This document shows, piece by piece, positions 49,711 to 62,437 of a stretch of 64,000 nucleotides of DNA. Both the position numbers and the translations under genes were made by a program. The stretch spans positions 186,558,001 through 186,622,000 of the forward strand of contig NC_042997.1 in the NCBI RefSeq assembly GCF_006345805.1. Reading direction: 5' to 3'. The notes below the pieces were generated by a model. The model was not told the DNA's origin and did no database searches. It was given only the letters and a program-made list of their open reading frames with translations. Position 1 is the stretch's first letter. The number at the start of each line of letters is the position of its first letter. This DNA is from Octopus sinensis. Its lineage: Eukaryota.

Positions 49711-49826
49711 GTGTGTTTGTGTAAGTGAGTGTGTGTGAGAGTGTGTGTGTCTAACTATCTATCTATCAATCTCTCTCTCTCTCTCTCTCACTATATATAT
49801 ATATAGATGCATTTATGTATATATGC

Positions 49827-49872
<46 letters not shown>

Positions 49873-50654
49873 GTAGTATGTATGTATGTATGTATGCATG
49901 TATGTATGTATGTATGTATGTATATGTATGTATGACATCTTTTACATCCCTATTGCTAAGGAAAGATAGAGTGGATGAGGGGGGGAAAAGGAAAGAGTAA
50001 GCAGAGAAGATTAAAAAGCAGGAGAGATAGAGAAAGAGATAGAGAGAGATAAAAAGAGAGACAGATAGACAAACAGACAGACAGACAGAGACTGAATTGC
50101 TGAATGACACAGCAATACATACTGCAGGTTAGAGGTCACAACTGGTGGTCTACTATTGTTTTATACAGAAGATTCAGACTCAGGTGACATTTCTGTTAAA
50201 GGAATGTTTATTTATTTATTTCCTTTTTAAAATAATTTCCTCCTCCTCCTCCTCCTTCCCTTCCTCCTTTTTTTTTACTCCTCCTACTCTATGGTTGTTG
50301 CATGTCAAATGTGCAAGTGCATTATCAAATCTGTTGCTAATTTTAAACCTCGTGCATTGTTGCTATCTGCCTTTGCTTTTGTGTCGTCTTTTCTGATTTT
50401 TTTTCTCTATACGATGTGATTGCAATGTGCATGCATGATGTTTCTCTTTGCGTCTGAGTGTGTGTATAGATGTGTGCATGTATGTATATATATATATGCA
50501 CAAACACCTGCATGTCTATGGCTTTATACATCAATCATTATATACCTATCTATTTAAATACATACATACATGAATACATACATACATATGTACATACATG
50601 CATAGATACATACATACATGCATGCAAGCATACATATAAGTGTATGTATCTGTT

Positions 50655-50932
50655 ATCTTTTACTTGTGTCAGTCATTAGACTGAGGCCATGCTGGGGCAT
50701 CACCTTGAAAAATTTTAATCAAATGGATTCACTGCAGTACATTTTTTTAAGGCTGGCACTTATTCTCTCTTTTACCAAACCACTAAGTTACAGGGACGTA
50801 AACACACCAACACCATTTGGTTGGCCCAAGGCTATAATTGAAGAAACTTACCTAAGGTACCACACAATGAGATTGAACCTGGAACTATGCGGTTGGAAAG
50901 CAAGCTTCTTACTACGTAGCCACACCTGCGCT
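50655..50932 (-). mobile_element. SINE family A with central deletion
   Basis: Tail and head matches joined at ACACCAACACCA|TTTGGTTGGCCCAAGG. Confidence 0.75.
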
Positions 50933-51160
50933 TATATGTATATATATGTATATATATATATTCACCCTCTTGTACTATCTTCTATCCCTCCCCACCACTA
51001 CACACTCAATAACACTATAAAATGGTCAAAATTTTCCCACAGGAACTTAGTTCCATTTGAAAAATCCACCAGAATGGATGAAAGTGCTAATTAATATATG
51101 ATATATGATATAAGTTATATGATGTATAAAAACATATAACATATAAATAAATATCTGTAA

Positions 51161-51231
51161 ATATAGAACCATCCGAATTTCTGAGTACCTCATTTCTTCT
51201 AATATAAAATACCTGTACATCATCTCCAAAC

Positions 51232-51281
<50 letters not shown>

Positions 51282-51352
51282 GTTTGGAGATGATGTACAG
51301 GTATTTTATATTAGAAGAAATGAGGTACTCAGAAATTCGGATGGTTCTATAT
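51161..51352. repeat. Perfect 192-bp palindrome centred on (TA)n
   Basis: 80-bp arm ATATAGAACCATCCG...CTTTCTAATA is the exact reverse complement of 51273-51352. Confidence 0.97.
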
Positions 51353-51368
51353 ATGCACAAACACCTGC

Positions 51369-51408
<40 letters not shown>

Positions 51409-51439
51409 AATATCTGTAAATGTAAATATTTATATATTT

Positions 51440-51632
51440 ATGTGTGTTTGTGTGTGTATTTGTTGGCCCACCACACTGCTTGTTGGTGCGTTTACGTCTC
51501 CAAAACTTAGCAGTTTGGCAAAAGAGACCAGTGGAATAAGTACTAAGTCCTGGAGTCGACTTCTTTGACTAAAGACGGTGCTCCAGCATGGCCACAGTCA
51601 AATTACTGAAAAAAGTAAAAGAATAAAAGAAT
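51440..51632 (+). mobile_element. SINE family A, 3' half
   Basis: Match to the family tail. Confidence 0.8.
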
Positions 51633-51879
51633 TGGAAGAATCTGTGGGTTCACCCTTGTAGCACATGTTTTTATATCATTTTCACTGCCATCATAAACGT
51701 TGCAAAGCAATTATTGGTCCATTTCCATGTGGAAACTCTATAACCAATGACACTATCCATCACAAGATAGAAGAGAAAACAAAAACAAATCAAACAAACT
51801 CTGTCTTTCTTGCATATATAAAAAATTAAAAAAAAGTATAAAGCTCCTTCTGAAGCCATATAGATTCAAAAGACTGATT

Positions 51880-52085
51880 CCCTGGCTTCTACAGGATAAA
51901 TATCATTCCCCTGGATGGGACAACAGTCCATCGCAGGATTATTCACTTTTGTCAGCTGAGTGCACTGGAGCAACATGAAATGTAGTGTTTTGCCCAAGAG
52001 CACAACACATCTCCCAGTCCAGGAACTGAAACCACAATTTCATGATCAAGAGTGCAATACTCTAACCACTAAGCCATGCACCTCA
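51880..52085 (-). mobile_element. SINE family D
   Basis: CACTGGAGCAACATGAAATG...CCAGGAACTGAAACCAC...AACCACTAAGCCATG. Confidence 0.75.
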
Positions 52086-52256
52086 ACTACGTCTTTGTTG
52101 CCATTGTTGTTTATAATGATGCTGTTGTTGTTGTTACATTCTCTTATTCTTTTATTTGTTTGAGTCATTTGACTGCAGCCATGCTGGATCACTGCCCTTA
52201 AGGGTTTTTTAGTCAACTGGGACCCTCATCATCGTAACTGATGGAGCGCTCCTTTG

Positions 52257-52289
<33 letters not shown>

Positions 52290-52314
52290 CACCTATTTTC
52301 ATTTGTCTCCTTTG

Positions 52315-52347
<33 letters not shown>

Positions 52348-52551
52348 CACCTATTTTCATTCCTCAACCACACTCTCTATTTCATATCTTATCTAAATTA
52401 ACTATTGCTTAACCATCTTCTCCGATGAAGGGGTATAATGAATATCCTAGAAACAGCTGTAAGGCCTTCTATTTATAACTGTTCTAAAATCGACACAGCC
52501 TTGGGTTTTTTTATCGCATAAGGAAAAATAAATTATATTTATATATACACA

Positions 52552-52712
52552 ATGGGCTTCTTTCAGTTTCCATCGACCAAATTTACTCACAAGGCTTTGG
52601 TTGGCCTGAGGCTATAGTGGAAGACGCTTGCCCAAGGTGTCATGCAGTGGGACTGAACCCGGAACCATGTAGTTGGGAAGCAATCTTTTTACCAAACAGC
52701 CATGCTTGCATC
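52552..52712 (-). mobile_element. SINE family A, 5' half
   Basis: Match to the family head. Confidence 0.8.
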
Positions 52713-53044
52713 TGGTAGTTTTATTATACTTGATATTGTTGTTTATTGTTGACACTGTTATGGATACCGTTGTTGGTTTCGATATGGTTGTTGTTGAGAC
52801 TACTGCTAGTGACTGTTGTTATTATTGTTGGCACCGTCAGTGTTAGTATTGTTTTGGTTGTTATTTGTAGTATTTTTGCGGATATATTTGTTATAAGGTC
52901 ATTGTTTGTATCATAGTTTTTGCTGATATTGTAATTACAGATACTGTTATCTGTGTTAATGCTGTTGTCATTGATATTCCTGTTGTAGTTGTTATTGTCA
53001 CTATTATATTTTATTGCTTTTAATATTTTTGTTGTTGTTCATGA

Positions 53045-53535
53045 GGTAATCTGGTAGAATCGTTAGCATCCGGGCAAAATGCTTAGTGGTATTTCATCCA
53101 TCTAAGGCAGCGAGCTGGCAGAAATGTTAGCATGCCGGCCGAAATGCGTAGCAGTATTTCAGCTGTCGTTACGTTCTGAGTTCAAATTCTGCCAAGGTCA
53201 ACTTTGCCTTTCATCCTAAAACAAGTACCAGTCAAGCACTGGGATCAATGTAATTAACTTACCCCACCCCAACAAACTTGCTGGCCTTGTACCAAAATTC
53301 GAATCCAATATCCCTGTTCTTGTTAAGACAGCAAGTTGGTAGAATTATTAGCACACCAGGCAAAATGCTTGTTGTTATTTCATCTGTCTTTACATTCCGA
53401 GTTCAAATTCCACTGAGGTCAACTTTGCTTTTATCTTTTTAGGGTCGACAAAATAAGTACCAGTTGAGCACAATATGCTTAGTGTTATTTTATCCATTTT
53501 TATGATCTAAGGTCAAATTCCACCAAGGTTGACTT
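53045..53535 (+). mobile_element. SINE family B cluster, 3-4 degenerate units
   Basis: Repeated GTTAGCA..CGGGCAAAATGCTTAG and TTCTGAGTTCAAATTC. Confidence 0.75.
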
Positions 53536-53922
53536 CATGCTTAATATAGTTCTATAATTAAGAGATGAGGAATTGTGTACATTATTTATATCATTTATAT
53601 TTCAAGGATATTTGTCCACATCTTGTTTTTGTTAACACGATGTTCCAGCTGATATACCCTCCAGCCCAGGGGCATATGACATAGTGGTTTAAAGCGCACA
53701 GGTTACTAACCCCAATATTCCGAGTTTCATTCCAGGCAGTGAACTTAATAATAATAATAACATAAAAAAAACCTTAGGAATGTGAACCCAGATATTTTTC
53801 TATGTTGTTATTATTGTTGTTGTTGTTCAGATCACTGCTTGGAATCAAACTCAGAAGCTTGGGGTTAAGAGTGCAGGCTACTAACCCCAAGATTCCGAGT
53901 TTGATTTTAAGCAGTGACCTGA

Positions 53923-53979
<57 letters not shown>

Positions 53980-54148
53980 TAATAATAATAATAATAATAA
54001 TAACATCAAAAAATACCATAGGAATGAGAACCCAGGTTCGAAAATTCCCCAAGATACCTGATGAAGGCTAGAGGGTATATCAACCGAAACGTGTTAACAA
54101 CAAACAAGATGAGGACAAATATCTGTCAATTGTAAATAATGTAAATAC
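53535..54148. mobile_element. Family E composite: (-) hammerhead/3' end 53535-53666; (+) head-(TAA)n-start of body 53668-53790; (-) head fragment 53792-53867; (+) head-(TAA)n-body with hammerhead 53863-54148
   Basis: Heads carry A-box-like TGACATAGTGGTT and B-box-like GAGTTTGATT; hammerhead AUAC-CUGAUGA-A-GGCUA...CAACC-GAAACGU at 54054-54092 with a 3-nt loss in stem I. Confidence 0.82.
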
Positions 54149-54394
54149 TTTTGTTGTTGATAATGTTCCAATTTTTCTTGCTATTGCTGGTTTGCTATTG
54201 TTGTTGTTGTTGATGATGATGATGATGATGATGAATGATGACGTTCTTGTTGCTTAATCCCAGTTCAACCCTGACTGAGCCTGACCTATGATCAACAAAG
54301 CATTCTAGCCAAATCCACTCTATGTCTATTTTTATCTTCATCATTTTAAAAATAAATTCTATGTAGACAGTTGCATACAGAAGTGTTGATCGCA

Positions 54395-54512
54395 CTTAAA
54401 ATGGATGGAACTTGTGGAAGAACAAGACCTAGGAAGGCGTGAGACAATGTACTGAAGGCTGATCTTAAGTCACAGAGCTTTATGAAGGAGATGACTAAAG
54501 ACCGAGATATCA
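54395..54512 (+). mobile_element. RTE-like LINE C-terminal fragment
   Basis: GTCGRTRPRKA*DNVLKADLKSQSFMKEMTKDR resembles the RTE GRPRKTW...D.....DR motif. Confidence 0.6.
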
Positions 54513-54610
54513 GCATGGCACCTTGGGCAAGTATCTTCTACTATAGCCTCAGGCCGACCAAAGCCTTGTGAGTGGATTTTGTAGACAGAAACTGAAAGAA
54601 GCCTGTCATA

Positions 54611-54661
<51 letters not shown>

Positions 54662-54888
54662 GTGTGTGTATGTTTGTGTGTCTGTGTTTGTCCCTCCCGA
54701 CATCGCTTGATAACTGATTCTGGTGTGTTTACATTCCCGTAACTTAGCAGTTCAGCAAAAGAGACCAATAGGATAAGTACTAGGCAAACAAAGAATAAGT
54801 CCTGGGTCGATTTGCTCGACTAAAGGTGGTGTTCCAACATGGCCACGGTCAAATGACTGAAACAAGTAAAAGAGTAAAGAGTAAAAGT
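54510..54888 (+). mobile_element. SINE family A, 5'-truncated
   Basis: Match to family. Confidence 0.85.
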
Positions 54889-54929
54889 AATATCCATTGC
54901 TGTAATGAAAAAGATCTGCCCACCACAGC

Positions 54930-55135
54930 AGAATTGGTACCGGTCCTGGTGCCACATAAAAAGCACACAGTACACTTTGTGGAGTGGTTGGCATTAGGAA
55001 GGGCATCCAGCCATAGAAACCAAGCCAGAACAAACAATGGAGCCTGGTGAGGCCCCTGACCTTAACAGTTCCAGCCAAACCAGCCAACTCATGCCAGCAT
55101 CGAAAATGGCTGTTAAAGGATGATGACGATGATGA
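54930..55135 (+). mobile_element. Family C retroposon, tail expanding into a (GAT/GAG)n tract to about 55380
   Basis: GTGGTTGGCATTAGGAAGGGCATCCAGCC...GTTAAAGGATGATGAC. Confidence 0.75.
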
Positions 55136-55600
55136 TGAGGAGGAGGAGGAGGACGACGACGACGATGAGGAGGAGGTGGAGGAGGAGAAGGATGACGATG
55201 AGGATGATGATGAGGATGAAGAGGAAGGGGAGGAGGAGGAAGAAGAGGAGGAGGAGGAGGGGAGGAGGAGGGGAGGAGGAGGGGAGGAGGATGACGATGA
55301 TGATGACGATGATGAGGAGGCAGATGATGATGACGATGATGATGATAATGATGATAATGATGATGATGATGATGATGACATAGTATCCAATACGTCCACA
55401 TATTTTTAAAAACAATAGATTATTTCATTTGACGGAGATCCGGCTACTGTTTCTACCACATCAACCACCACATCAACCACCACATCAACTTACCACATCA
55501 AAGCACTTTTATTTGGTTTGGTGTTAGCGACCTCATTGCTGCTTTTCGAGCTGCTGCCTCTGTTATTATCATTATTATTATTATCATTATTATTATTATG

Positions 55601-55646
<46 letters not shown>

Positions 55647-56147
55647 TATTGTTGTTGTTGTTGTTGTTGTTATTATTATTATTATTATTGTTATTATTAT
55701 TACATTGCTGTTCTCACTGTCATTGCAGTATGTAAATTTTAGCTTTCACTTTAAATTTGATACGCTTCATTTTAACATTTAATTTATTATTATTTCCTTT
55801 ATTTTTTTTTGGTTTTCATCTTATTGGGTTTCTGCCATATCTCCCTGACAGATCACAAATTCTGCTGATAATAAATCATAAACACTATTTGGTTCTTTTC
55901 AACTACAAAGAACAAAGAAACCTTACAGAATAAAATAAAATAAATGGTATAGTGTAATAGGGACAATATTTTATAGTGGAGTTGTGTTCAGGTTTCTGGA
56001 GTGTCAGCAAATTGTTTATAACTGCTATAAATATATTTTCAATTTGAAGATCTGGAAAAAAAAAAGTAGTCTTCCCGTGCTCACATGAATAGGCATGCAT
56101 GCGCACATATGTTTATATGCAATATATGTATGTTTCTATATATATAT

Positions 56148-56389
56148 CATCATCATCATTGTTTAACATGGGCTTTCCATGCTAGCATGAGTTGGACAAT
56201 TTGACTGAGATCTGGCGAACCAGATGGCTGCACCAGACTCCAATCTGATCTGGCAGAGTTCCTACAGCTGGATGCCCTTCCTAACGCCAACCACTCTGAG
56301 AGTGTAGCGGGTGCTTTTACGTGACACCGGCACGAGATATACATATATATGATGATCATAATCATCATCATCAGCATCATAATCATCAC

Positions 56390-56449
<60 letters not shown>

Positions 56450-57125
56450 TATCATTCAATGTCCTTTGGCCATGCTGGCATGGATTGGACGGTTTGACCG
56501 GACAGGCATGCTGGAAGGCTGCACCAGACTCCAGTCTGATTTGGCATGGTTTTCTATGTCTGGATGCTCTTCCTAATGCCAACCACTCTGAGAGTGTAAT
56601 TGCTGCTTTCATGTGCTATTGGCACAGGTGCCCTTTGCATGACACCGGGGTGCTTTTATATATCACCTGCACGTGTGCCAATTTGCATGACACTGGTATC
56701 TGTCACAACTGTAATTTTGCTCAGCTTGATGGGTCATCTTGTCAAGTACAACATAATGCAAAAGAACTCAGTCATTGCCTCCGTGAGGCCCAACACTCAA
56801 AAGGAACTCAGCCACTTTGCATCTGTGAGACCCAATGCTTGAAAGGTGTTCTTTACATGCCACCAGCACGGGTGCACTTGGCTTGACGGTTCCTCTCAAG
56901 TATAGCATATTGCCAAAGTCATTATCTCTTTGACACTCAAAGCTTGAAGATCATGCTTCACCACCTCGTTCTATATTTTCTTGGGTCTTATCTGGCAGTG
57001 TTTCTACAGCTAGATCAGACTTGAGCCTGGTGCAGCCTCCTGGCTTCCCAAACCCCGGTCAAACCATCCAACCCATGCTAGCACGGAGAGCGGACGTTAA
57101 TCAATGATGATGATGATGATGATGA
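56148..57125. mobile_element. Family C cluster: (-) 56148-56335, (-) 56390-56880, (+) 57005-57125
   Basis: GGATGC.CTTCCTAA.GCCAACCACTCTGAGAGTGTA twice; plus-strand 3' end CCCATGCTAGCAC...GGACGTTAATCAATGATG. Confidence 0.8.
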
Positions 57126-57899
57126 TATATATATATATATATATATATATACTCTTTTACATATATATACATGACAGGCTACTTTCAGTTTCTATCTACA
57201 AAATCCACTCGCAAATCCACTTCTATAGTAGAAGACACTTGCCTAGGTTCCATGCAGTAGGACTGAACCCAGAACCATGTGGCTGAGACTCAAGCTTCTT
57301 GCCACACAGCCACAACTGTACCTATAACAGCCATACCTGCACCTACGGCAGCTACAACTGCACCAATAACTTTTCATAAAATCTTTTCCATCAGTTGGAA
57401 AGTCATTTAACACAAAACCATTCAATAACATGAATTGGCTGTTATGAGACTAAATTCATTTCATATATATATGTATGCATGTATGTGTGTATATACACAT
57501 ATGCACATACACACACAAATATATATATGTGTATGTATGTAACGTAAAAGACCAGATTTTATGTCCAATGACAACAGCTCTCTAATGAAGTGTTGCTGAA
57601 AATCCATGAACAAAAACTATATAAAATTAAGAGTCAAAAAAAATCAGAAATTTGTTCCTGAAGAAAATCAAAGCTCCACCATGGGGTTACTGAGAAATCC
57701 TAGATTGATACTGTTTTATAGAAGAATCACATTAGATTAGAAAATAATGAAAATAGCTGGAGAAGGAATGTGTTCTGAATTTTAGTGAAACTTAGAATCC
57801 TGTGGTTAGATGCAAATACGAATGCGGAATTACAAATGACAAGGAAGGGAGCAAATGTATTTCTGTTTTGTTGGAGCTGAAGATGGGAAATAATTGAGA

Positions 57900-58620
57900 A
57901 TGCAGACGATGGCGATGGCGGTGGTGCATGGGAGGGTGCATGGTGGTGGTGGTGGTGGTAGATGTTGGTGGTGGTGGTGATGGTGGTGGTGGTGTGGTGG
58001 TGGTGGTGGTGGTGGTGGGGTGGTGGTGGTGGTGGTTTTGGTGGTGGTGGTGGTGGTGATGGTGGTGGTGGTGGTGGTGGTGGTGGTGCATGGTGGTTGT
58101 GGTACGTGGTGGTGGTCGCGGCCGCAGCTGAGGTGGGGATGATGGTGGTGGTGGTGGTGGTGGAGGTGGTTGTTGCTGCAGTTATTGTTGTTGTTGTTGT
58201 TGTTGTTGTAGGTGGTGGTGGTGGTGGTGGCGGTGGCGGCGGCGGTGGAGGTAGTGGAGATGGTGATGATTCTAACAAAGATGATGATGATGATGATGAT
58301 GATGGCAATGGTTGTGGTGGTGGTGGTGGTGGTGATGGTGTGGTGGTGAGAGGAGGAGAAAGAGGAGGAGGGGAGGGGGAGGAGGGGAAGATGATGATGA
58401 TGGTGGTAGTGCTTTTGATGATGATGACAGTAGTGATGGTTATGAAGATGATGATGATGATGATGGTGGCAGTGGTGGTCATGATTATGATGATGCCAAT
58501 GATGAGGATTTTGACAATGACAACAATGATGACATCAACAACGATGACAATAAAACACAATGATGATGATGATGTTAATGATACTAATGATGCTAAAGAT
58601 GATGACGATTGTTGCAGAGG
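57900..58620. repeat. (GGT/GAT/GTT)n compound microsatellite
   Basis: Direct reading. Confidence 0.92.
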
Positions 58621-60299
58621 TGATGGCTTCGACAGTTGCAATGCATTTAATAACAGCAACGTTGTTGACAGTAAATGGTTAGAACTGGAACAAAACACCA
58701 AAACACAACAAAGAACAAAAAAAAGTCGAATCAAGTCAGTGCAGCAGGTGCAGGAGTCTGGAGTACGGGTGCAGTGGAAGGTGTAAATAAGGTTGCATAC
58801 ATGTGATATTTGTGCAGGAAATGCTTGGGTCTCTATGTAAATATACATGTGTGCATGTATGCGTGTCTCCATGCATGTGCATGCGTTATGTGTGTGTGCA
58901 TGTATGTGTGTGTGTTGTGCATGTATATGTTTATGCTTGTATGTCTGTATGCATGTGTGTATGTGTGCTTGTATATATGTGTGCATGTATATGTGTACTT
59001 CTATGCATGTATGCCTGTATGTGTGCATGCATGCACGTGTGCACGCATGCATGTGTGCATGTATGAATGTGTACACATATGTGTGCAAATATGCATGTAT
59101 GCATGTGTGTATGAATGAATGTGTACATATGTACATATATGCATGTATGCATGTGTGCATGCATTGGGATGAAGATAACGATGACTGCACAGATGTGTAT
59201 ATACATGTATTACATGCTTGTACATGAGTGAGATTATGCGGGTGTTAGAGTGTGAGCAAGTGTATGAGTGTAAGAAAGATTGTGCATGTGTGTGTTTGTC
59301 TAAAAGAAGAGTTTCTTTTGCATCTCTCTTGTGAGCTGAAGAGGATCTCTCATACTTTTCACAAACAGCAATGGCTAAGAGCAATATCAGCCGCTCCCTT
59401 CCATTTCCACTCCACTTCGCTCATCTTACTCTTTGTTTCACCCTTTCTATCAATTCTGTTCTCACGAAGCTATCCAACCAACCAACCAACCAACCAACCA
59501 ACCAACCAACCAACCAACCATTCATTCACTTCTCCCTCCTTTTTCCTTTCACTTCTCAAAACCTAAAAATCCCATTCCTTAACCACCATTCCCACCCAAC
59601 TAACTTCTCTTCCTTCCATCCACCAGAACCCTCAAGGATGGTTATCGTTGCCAAAGTGAAACAGAGAGACAATTTCAGAATCTCTGAAGAGTTTCTTGTT
59701 GCAGACAAAAATTGCTTATTGAGGGAAAATTCCGTCTCCACAAGTGACAATATTGTTTAATGAAGATAACGGAAATTAACTACAAAAATTTATAAAGAAC
59801 AGGGGTGAAAAACATTATCCCTTCACATTCCAGACATTCCTTTTGCAGACATTCCATCTATCCCCCTTCCCTCCACTGTTATTGGAATCCTTCTTATTAA
59901 AAAGCTCTTCATTTCACGCCTTAGCTATAATTTCCCAGTTCTGTTTCAGTCAGTTTACCTAATGGGATTTTGTTCCTGTATTTGCATGTACTGATTGTGC
60001 AGAATTCTGTAAACTATTTTATTATTTCTGAGCTTAGATCTAAACCACCTCATTACTTACCGAATGCTACCTACAACACTTTGCCAACACCGCCACTTGG
60101 TAAATAATACCAGCAACAGCACCAGCAGCAGCAGCAGCAGTAACAGCAGCATCGACATCATCATCATCATCAAAGATTTTTGGTATTGTTGCTATACTTC
60201 TTTCTGTACAGGTTACTCGTTAGCAACAAATACCTATATTTATTCCGAGCGTGCGTCTTTGTTCCTCGTGGTTTGTGCATATGATCTTGTGAAAAATCA

Positions 60300-60900
60300 T
60301 CTTGTCATCGTCGTCACCGTCATCATGATCATCATCATCATCTTCGTCATCATTGTTGTCGTCATCTTTGTCATCACGATCATCATCGTCATTATCATCA
60401 TTACCATCATCAGCATCATCGTTGTTGTCGTCGTCATCAGCATTACCATTATCGTTGTCATCATCATCATCACCATCACCACCACCACCACCACCACTAC
60501 CACCACCACCACCATCACCACCATCACCACCACTATCACCACCATCACCACCACCATCACCACCACCACCACCACTGCCATCACCTCCACCATCACCACC
60601 ATTATCACCACCATCACCACCACTATCACCATCACCAGCACCACCAGCACCACCATCACCACCACCACCACCACCATCACCACTACCATCACCACCACCA
60701 TCACCACCACCATCTCCACCACCATCACCACCAGCATTGCCACACCCACCACCATTGCCACACCCACCACCATCACCACCATCGCCACCAACACCATCAC
60801 CACACACCACCACCACAACCATTACCACCACTACCACCACCACCATCACCACTACCACCACCACTATCACCACCATTATCACCACCACTACCACTGTCAT
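60300..60900. repeat. (CAT/CAC)n compound microsatellite
   Basis: Direct reading. Confidence 0.92.
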
Positions 60901-60952
60901 TACAAACATTTATGTGTGAGTAAGTGTGTGTGTATCTGTCTGTCTGTCCATT

Positions 60953-60989
<37 letters not shown>

Positions 60990-61699
60990 ATGTGTGTGCA
61001 TGTGTGTGTATGCATGTATAGTTGTTTACTTCTCCGAAATGGTTCGGTTGTTTTCTCAATACAATATTTCCTCGGAATGTAAATACAGTGTTACATTTCT
61101 TTTGTTACCATCTCATTGCACCTTCCTGGCATTCACAACTCTGTTGCAATCTCCATATATCTGTTGCAATCTTTTCTATTGTCATTTTACCACTTGCATG
61201 TTTCTACATGCACATTTGTACATATGTGCATCTCTGTCTACATGTGTGTGAGTGCATGTGCATGCATGTATGTATGTATATATGTGTGTATGTGTGCTTG
61301 CACGTGCATGCATGTGTGTGTATATGTGTGGCACTTTATTGCAACAGTCACCCACCACCCCACCTGCACATCCCATTATCTTCCATTTGTAAAGCAACAA
61401 TGTTCTAATATCTCATACAGAAATAATTTGCACCTAAAAACCATGATTTCTTCCTAACCCAAACCATGTTTCTCTCCACCCAATCCCATGTTTCTATTTA
61501 CCTAAAAGAACATTTTTCTCCACGTAAAATACGTTTCTATTCACCAAAGAAATATTTCTTTCCTTCAAGCATATTTCACTGCACCCAAAAGCATGTTTCT
61601 GCTCAACCAAAAGCATATTTTTCTTCTCCACCCACAAGCTTCTTTCTCTCCTACCAAAAGCAGGTTTCAGATCTCCCCAAACTATGCTTTTCTCTATCT

Positions 61700-62437
61700 T
61701 ATTTCTTTACTACCCATTATCATAACTGGTAATTATTTAATCGACCCCTAAAGGATGAAAGGCAAAGTCAATCTTGGCAGAATTTGAACGTAGCGGCAGA
61801 CAAAATACCTATTTCTTTACTACCCACAAAATACCTATTTTTTTACTACCCCATAGAAGGGGCAAACAAGGACAGACAAACGGATTAAGTCGATTATATC
61901 AACCCCAGTGCATAACTGGTACTTATTTAATCAACCCCGGAAGGATGAAAGGCAAAGTCAACCTTGGCAGAATTTGAACTCAGAACATAGCGGCAGACGA
62001 AATACCGCTAAGCATTTCACCCGGTGTGCTAACGTTTCTTATTTCTTTACTGCCCACAAGGAGCTAAACATAGAGGGGACAAACATGGACAGACAAACAG
62101 ATTAAGTCGATTATATCAACCCAGTGCCTAACAGGTACTTATTTAATCGATCCCGAAAAGATGAAAGACAAAGTCGACCTCGACAGAATTTGAACTCGGA
62201 ATATAGCGGCAGATGAAATACCTATTTCTTTACTACCCACAAGGGGCTACACACAGAGGGGACAAACAAGGACAGACAAACGAATTAAGTCGATTATATC
62301 GACCCCAGTGTGTAACTAGTACTTATTTAATTGACCCCGAAAGGATGAAAAGCAAAGTTGACCTCAGCGGAATTTGAACTCAGAACGTAACGGCGGACGA
62401 AATACCGCTAAGCATTTCACCCGGCGTGCTAACGTTC
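61700..62437 (-). mobile_element. SINE family B tandem array, about 4 units
   Basis: AAGGATGAAAGGCAAAGTC.ACC four times; junction GAAATACCTATTTCTTTACTACCCAC twice. Confidence 0.88.

Noticed and set aside
53668-53745. Possible tRNA gene (also the heads of SINE A and D)
   Set aside because: A/B-box-like motifs only; no complete cloverleaf or acceptor stem, and followed by repeat body, so SINE heads
58560-58730. Strong minus-strand acceptor (TTTTGGTGTTTTGTTCCAG) near 58685
   Set aside because: Downstream frames stop quickly or run into microsatellite, and no donor was found
57727-59190. 487-aa minus-strand ORF, the longest in the window
   Set aside because: Runs through (CA/TA)n and (CAC/CAT)n microsatellites; low-complexity translation with no domain
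59600-59760. Plus-strand acceptor and ORF end PSRMVIVAKVKQRDNF...SDNIV*
   Set aside because: No homology recognised; pyrimidine tract is part of a general CT-rich stretch
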